Shown here piece by piece: positions 60,701 to 64,000 of a stretch of DNA of 64,000 bases. Location: contig CM069148.1 in NCBI GenBank assembly GCA_035221665.1, positions 44,206,001-44,270,000 of the forward strand, in the 5' to 3' direction. The notes beneath the pieces were generated by a model. It had not been told where the DNA came from. It did no database searches and was given only the letters and a program-made list of their open reading frames with translations. The position numbers and the translations under genes are program-made. The stretch comes from Okamejei kenojei (lineage: Eukaryota). Within the stretch, counting starts at the first letter, position 1. Every line of letters starts with the position of its first letter.

Positions 60701-61851
60701 AAGTCCGGATGGGGTTGGCGCTGACGGCGGTCAGGGTGGGGCCTCACTTACCGGGACGGGTGTCGACCCCGGACGGGGGCAGTATGCTGATCTCAACCTC
60801 CGTGTCGACGAGGAATCGGAGCCCGGAATGACAGTCCCAGACATAGAGGCGATGTTTCTGGCCAACTGCGATTGCCTCTACTGCCGATCGGCCGAAATAT
60901 TTCCCAGATTCGAGCAGGGAGAACGGTATCGGCGGACCTCCGCACCCCAGCGTTGGTGGTAGTAACACCACAGACGCTTACTGGAATCCGCCATGGCCAG
61001 TTGTGGCATGGTATTGTCAGTAGAAGGTGAACAGACCGTCGAGGCCGTCGCGGAGATGTAGGCACCCGGCTGATGGAAACGCAGCCCTGTTGCTTGGCGA
61101 GCTACAGCTCGTCCGCTCGCTCGACGAGTTGCAGGGGATCGGCGAAGTCGCTAGCGGCGAGGAGCAGGCGGATGTCGTTGGGCATCTGCTTGAAGAACTC
61201 CTCCTCGAAAAGACGACAAGGCTATTGATGGTCCATCAGCGAAAGCATTTCGCTCATCAGCACCGACGGCCTGCGGTCACCGAGGCCGTCCATGTGCAGG
61301 ATCCTGGCGGCTTGATCGTGGCGGCTGAGCCCTAAAGTACGCAGCAGCAGTGCCTTGAGGCCCTCATACTTGTTGTCACCAGGCAGATTTTGTAGTTAAG
61401 GAAGCAATTGGGCGGCAGTTTTTTTGTTCAGCGCGCCGACCACTTAGAAATATTTAGTCGAATCAGCGACAATTTGCCAAATTTGAAATTGGGCCACAAT
61501 GTGCTGGAACCACTCATGAGGCTGTACTGCCCAGAAAAGGGGCAGTTTTAGCGAGTTGGCGTTGAGGTGCTTGGCGGCGTGCATAATAACGGATCCGAAA
61601 AACGTTCGGTTCGACGGGGTCACCACTGTATTGAGACCAGGCAGGTAAAGCAAAATGTTCTTTATTAGCGAAACAAGATTCGAACTACACGTGTACTTGG
61701 TCAGGAATAAACGATCTATGCTCTTGTCGTCGAGAGGAGCACTAGCTACTCAACATACTGAAAAGTCCGCGATTGAACCCCCGGTTACGTGACAGTCCCG
61801 ACCAATGACGAGGGTTCGGAATACACAGCTTCACCACTAGGTGCCGCTACA
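57709..61851 (-). mobile_element. Full-length decayed Ty3/Gypsy LTR retrotransposon, CsRn1-like
   Basis: Two 225-bp TG...CA LTRs (57709-57933, 61627-61851), ACAT TSD, tRNA-Trp-like PBS TGGTGACCCCG, PPT. Gag KLPLFW..P..WF and CYYH motif; protease FLVDT; RT KIDLVRGYHQIP / YLDD; RNaseH NYSTFDRELLA / TDHKPL; integrase IHVDFLGPLP / HPQANGLVER. Many frameshifts. Confidence 0.95.
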
Positions 61852-62045
61852 ACATCCTCTCCACATCCACTGTATCCAGCCCTTTCACCAGTCAGTAAGT
61901 TTCAATTATGTTCCCCCTCATCCTTCTAAACTCAAAGAGTTAGACTGGAAGAAGTATGGATAGTCTAGAAACCTGGGCAGCAAGAAGGGAATGGAGTTCG
62001 ATCCTCAGAAGTGTGAGGTATGTGACAAAACACAGGAATACCCAG

Positions 62046-64000
62046 TTTTACTTCGGAGTCACGTGAGTGACTACGTGAAGAAGCCCCGCCTGGCGCTAGA
62101 ACGGCATTACGTCGAGGCTGACGGAAGAAGCAAGAGCTGCAGAGGCAGCTCCTCGCAGCGGTCAGAACGGACCCACAGGTAAGTGCAAGGAAAAATTAGG
62201 GGACGTTCTAAAAAAGACGTTACGCTGGTAGAACCAGCAAAAATGAAAGTAAAAATTCAAAAAATCAGAGTCACGCTGGCGTACTGATCCAGCCTAGATA
62301 ATAAAAATTAAAAATGGAGAAGTCTCAAAGAAAGATTTCGCGGGTAAAAAGATCATCCCGGGGAGAAGCTAAAGAGTCGGTACAAGAGATTAGTGCGGAT
62401 CCGGTTCCGATACCGGTGGCCGCTGATTCACCCGTTAGTGAGACTATAATTTCTCCAGAAATACAAACCACGGAGGAAAATGTTCCTAGAAAAAGTAAAA
62501 AGAAATCCGTGAGGCCCGTGGTTTCTGATGATGACTCTGATAATGAAAGTCCTCCGGATAATAAAGCTATATGGCTTAAAATGGAACATATGGAGAAAGT
62601 GCTCCAAAATATTATGAGACAAGGGTCAAAGTACCCAGAAATTTCCCAAAATGACCCTGAGGGGTTTGAATATCCAGAATATGGCTATGTGCCAAATTGT
62701 GAATGTGAAACTCCAGACCCAGGACTAAGGGTGGAGGAAGTCTCATTGGATGAAATTCCAGGTGTATCAGGGCTGCAAAAGTCAGACCCTGCAAGTGGTG
62801 ATGTGGATTATGAGTGCACACCACAAATAAAAAAGAAGAGGCCATATGTGCCTGATATGGCAAATGATTTTGCTATACCTGAAGGAAGTGGTGAGGCTAT
62901 GGAAGAAAACCTAGCTGCCAGTATTAATTATATGGTATCTCACCAACTTCAAGATTCTGTGATGGTTGAAACAGCAGAATTATATAAAACACTGGAAAAT
63001 TGCACCTCATTAAAGGTACCTACGGTTAATCCGTCTATATGGACACCTATGACTCCAGTTATGAGAGGACAAGAAATAAGATTTCAAAGAATCCTCAAAC
63101 TGATTTCAGCTGCCATTACTGCTTTTGGAAGGCAAATGGAAGGGTCGGAAATGGTTAAAATCCAAAGAGATACTTTGGGCTTATTGTGCAATTCCTTATA
63201 TGAAATTAATTGTATGAGGAAAATTGCGATTTGGCCCATATTTCATCCAAGATTTGCAGGTCTGTGTTAATCAAGTGGTGTTCAAGCTCCTGGTTATCTA
63301 TTTGGAGAAAACCTGCCTAAACAAATAAGAGAAATGGATGAAGAGGCTAAATCTATTAGCCACATGAGACCTTTCGTTTTTGGACAAAAAATGTATTTTT
63401 CGTCAAGGAGGGGATTTGATTTTGGAAACAGAGGCAGGAATATGATAAGAAAATATTACTATCCAACACAGCCTAATGTTCACCCGTATATGGGGAGAAG
63501 GAGACCACCACGTTCATATGGAGAGGTACAGAAACTTTATTCTATTCTTAAAGAAACTGTGGACAAATCTCCAGTTCGAGGGAGATTACAAATGTTTTAT
63601 GATGAATGGCTTGCCATCACATCTGATCGGTTTATTTTACAAACAGTTTCAGGAGCTACTATAACATTTAAAGAAGGTGTTAATTCTCCGGTACAAAATA
63701 AACCTGTTTATGGTTTCATGTTTTCTGCTATTGAGGAAGCAGAAATTAATATGGAAATTGACAAATTGTTTAAAAAAGGTGTTATTGAAAAAACTGTTGA
63801 GCATAAACACCAATTTGTGTCAAATATCTTTCCGAGAAAATAAAAAAAGATGGTGGTTGCAGAATTATTCTGGACCTTACAAACTTTAATACATTTGTCG
63901 AGTATAAACATTTCAAGATGGAAACGTTCAACACTGCAAGACATTTGTTATCAGCAGGTTGTTATATGGCTACAATTGATTTAAAGGATGCGTACTATTC
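62046..64000 (+). mobile_element. DIRS-type retrotransposon, 5' part (runs off the window)
   Basis: Leader with AGTCAC-GTGA-GTGACT inverted repeat; gag-like ORF (LKVPTVN, LFG); DIRS-type RT start GRL..F...W...T.D.FIL, FVSNIF, KKDGGCRIILDL, HFKME, MATIDLKDAYY. Confidence 0.88.
62314..64000 (+). pseudogene. Disrupted DIRS gag-like + reverse transcriptase coding region
   Basis: Premature TAA at 63268-63270; stop/frameshift in the A-run at 63838-63849. Confidence 0.8.

Overview
Vertebrate genomic DNA. The repeat content (HE1/V-type tRNA SINEs, CR1, Rex1, Penelope-like elements, DIRS) points to a cartilaginous fish, probably a skate or ray; this is inference. The + strand carries the last 22 coding exons of NUP160 (769-40254). 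These include a U12-type minor intron (8482-10849) and one apparent +1 frameshift at 23921 that a nearby alternative acceptor could rescue. The - strand carries a complete 128-aa CD59-like gene (coding exons 49428-49365, 48784-48680, 46997-46780). Its CpG-island promoter has been amplified into a ~38-unit GC-box minisatellite. Between CD59 and NUP160, three phase-compatible - strand exons could encode an unrecognised ~210-aa signal-peptide/GPI-type protein. Introns and intergenic DNA hold many Penelope-derived inserts carrying a minimal hammerhead-ribozyme core. Several are ~90-130-nt TSD-flanked units that start at the CUGAAGA box. Also present: MITEs, nested insertions, a decayed full-length CsRn1-like Gypsy LTR element (57709-61851) and the 5' half of a DIRS element at the window end. 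All calls were made by eye; no alignments or database searches were run.
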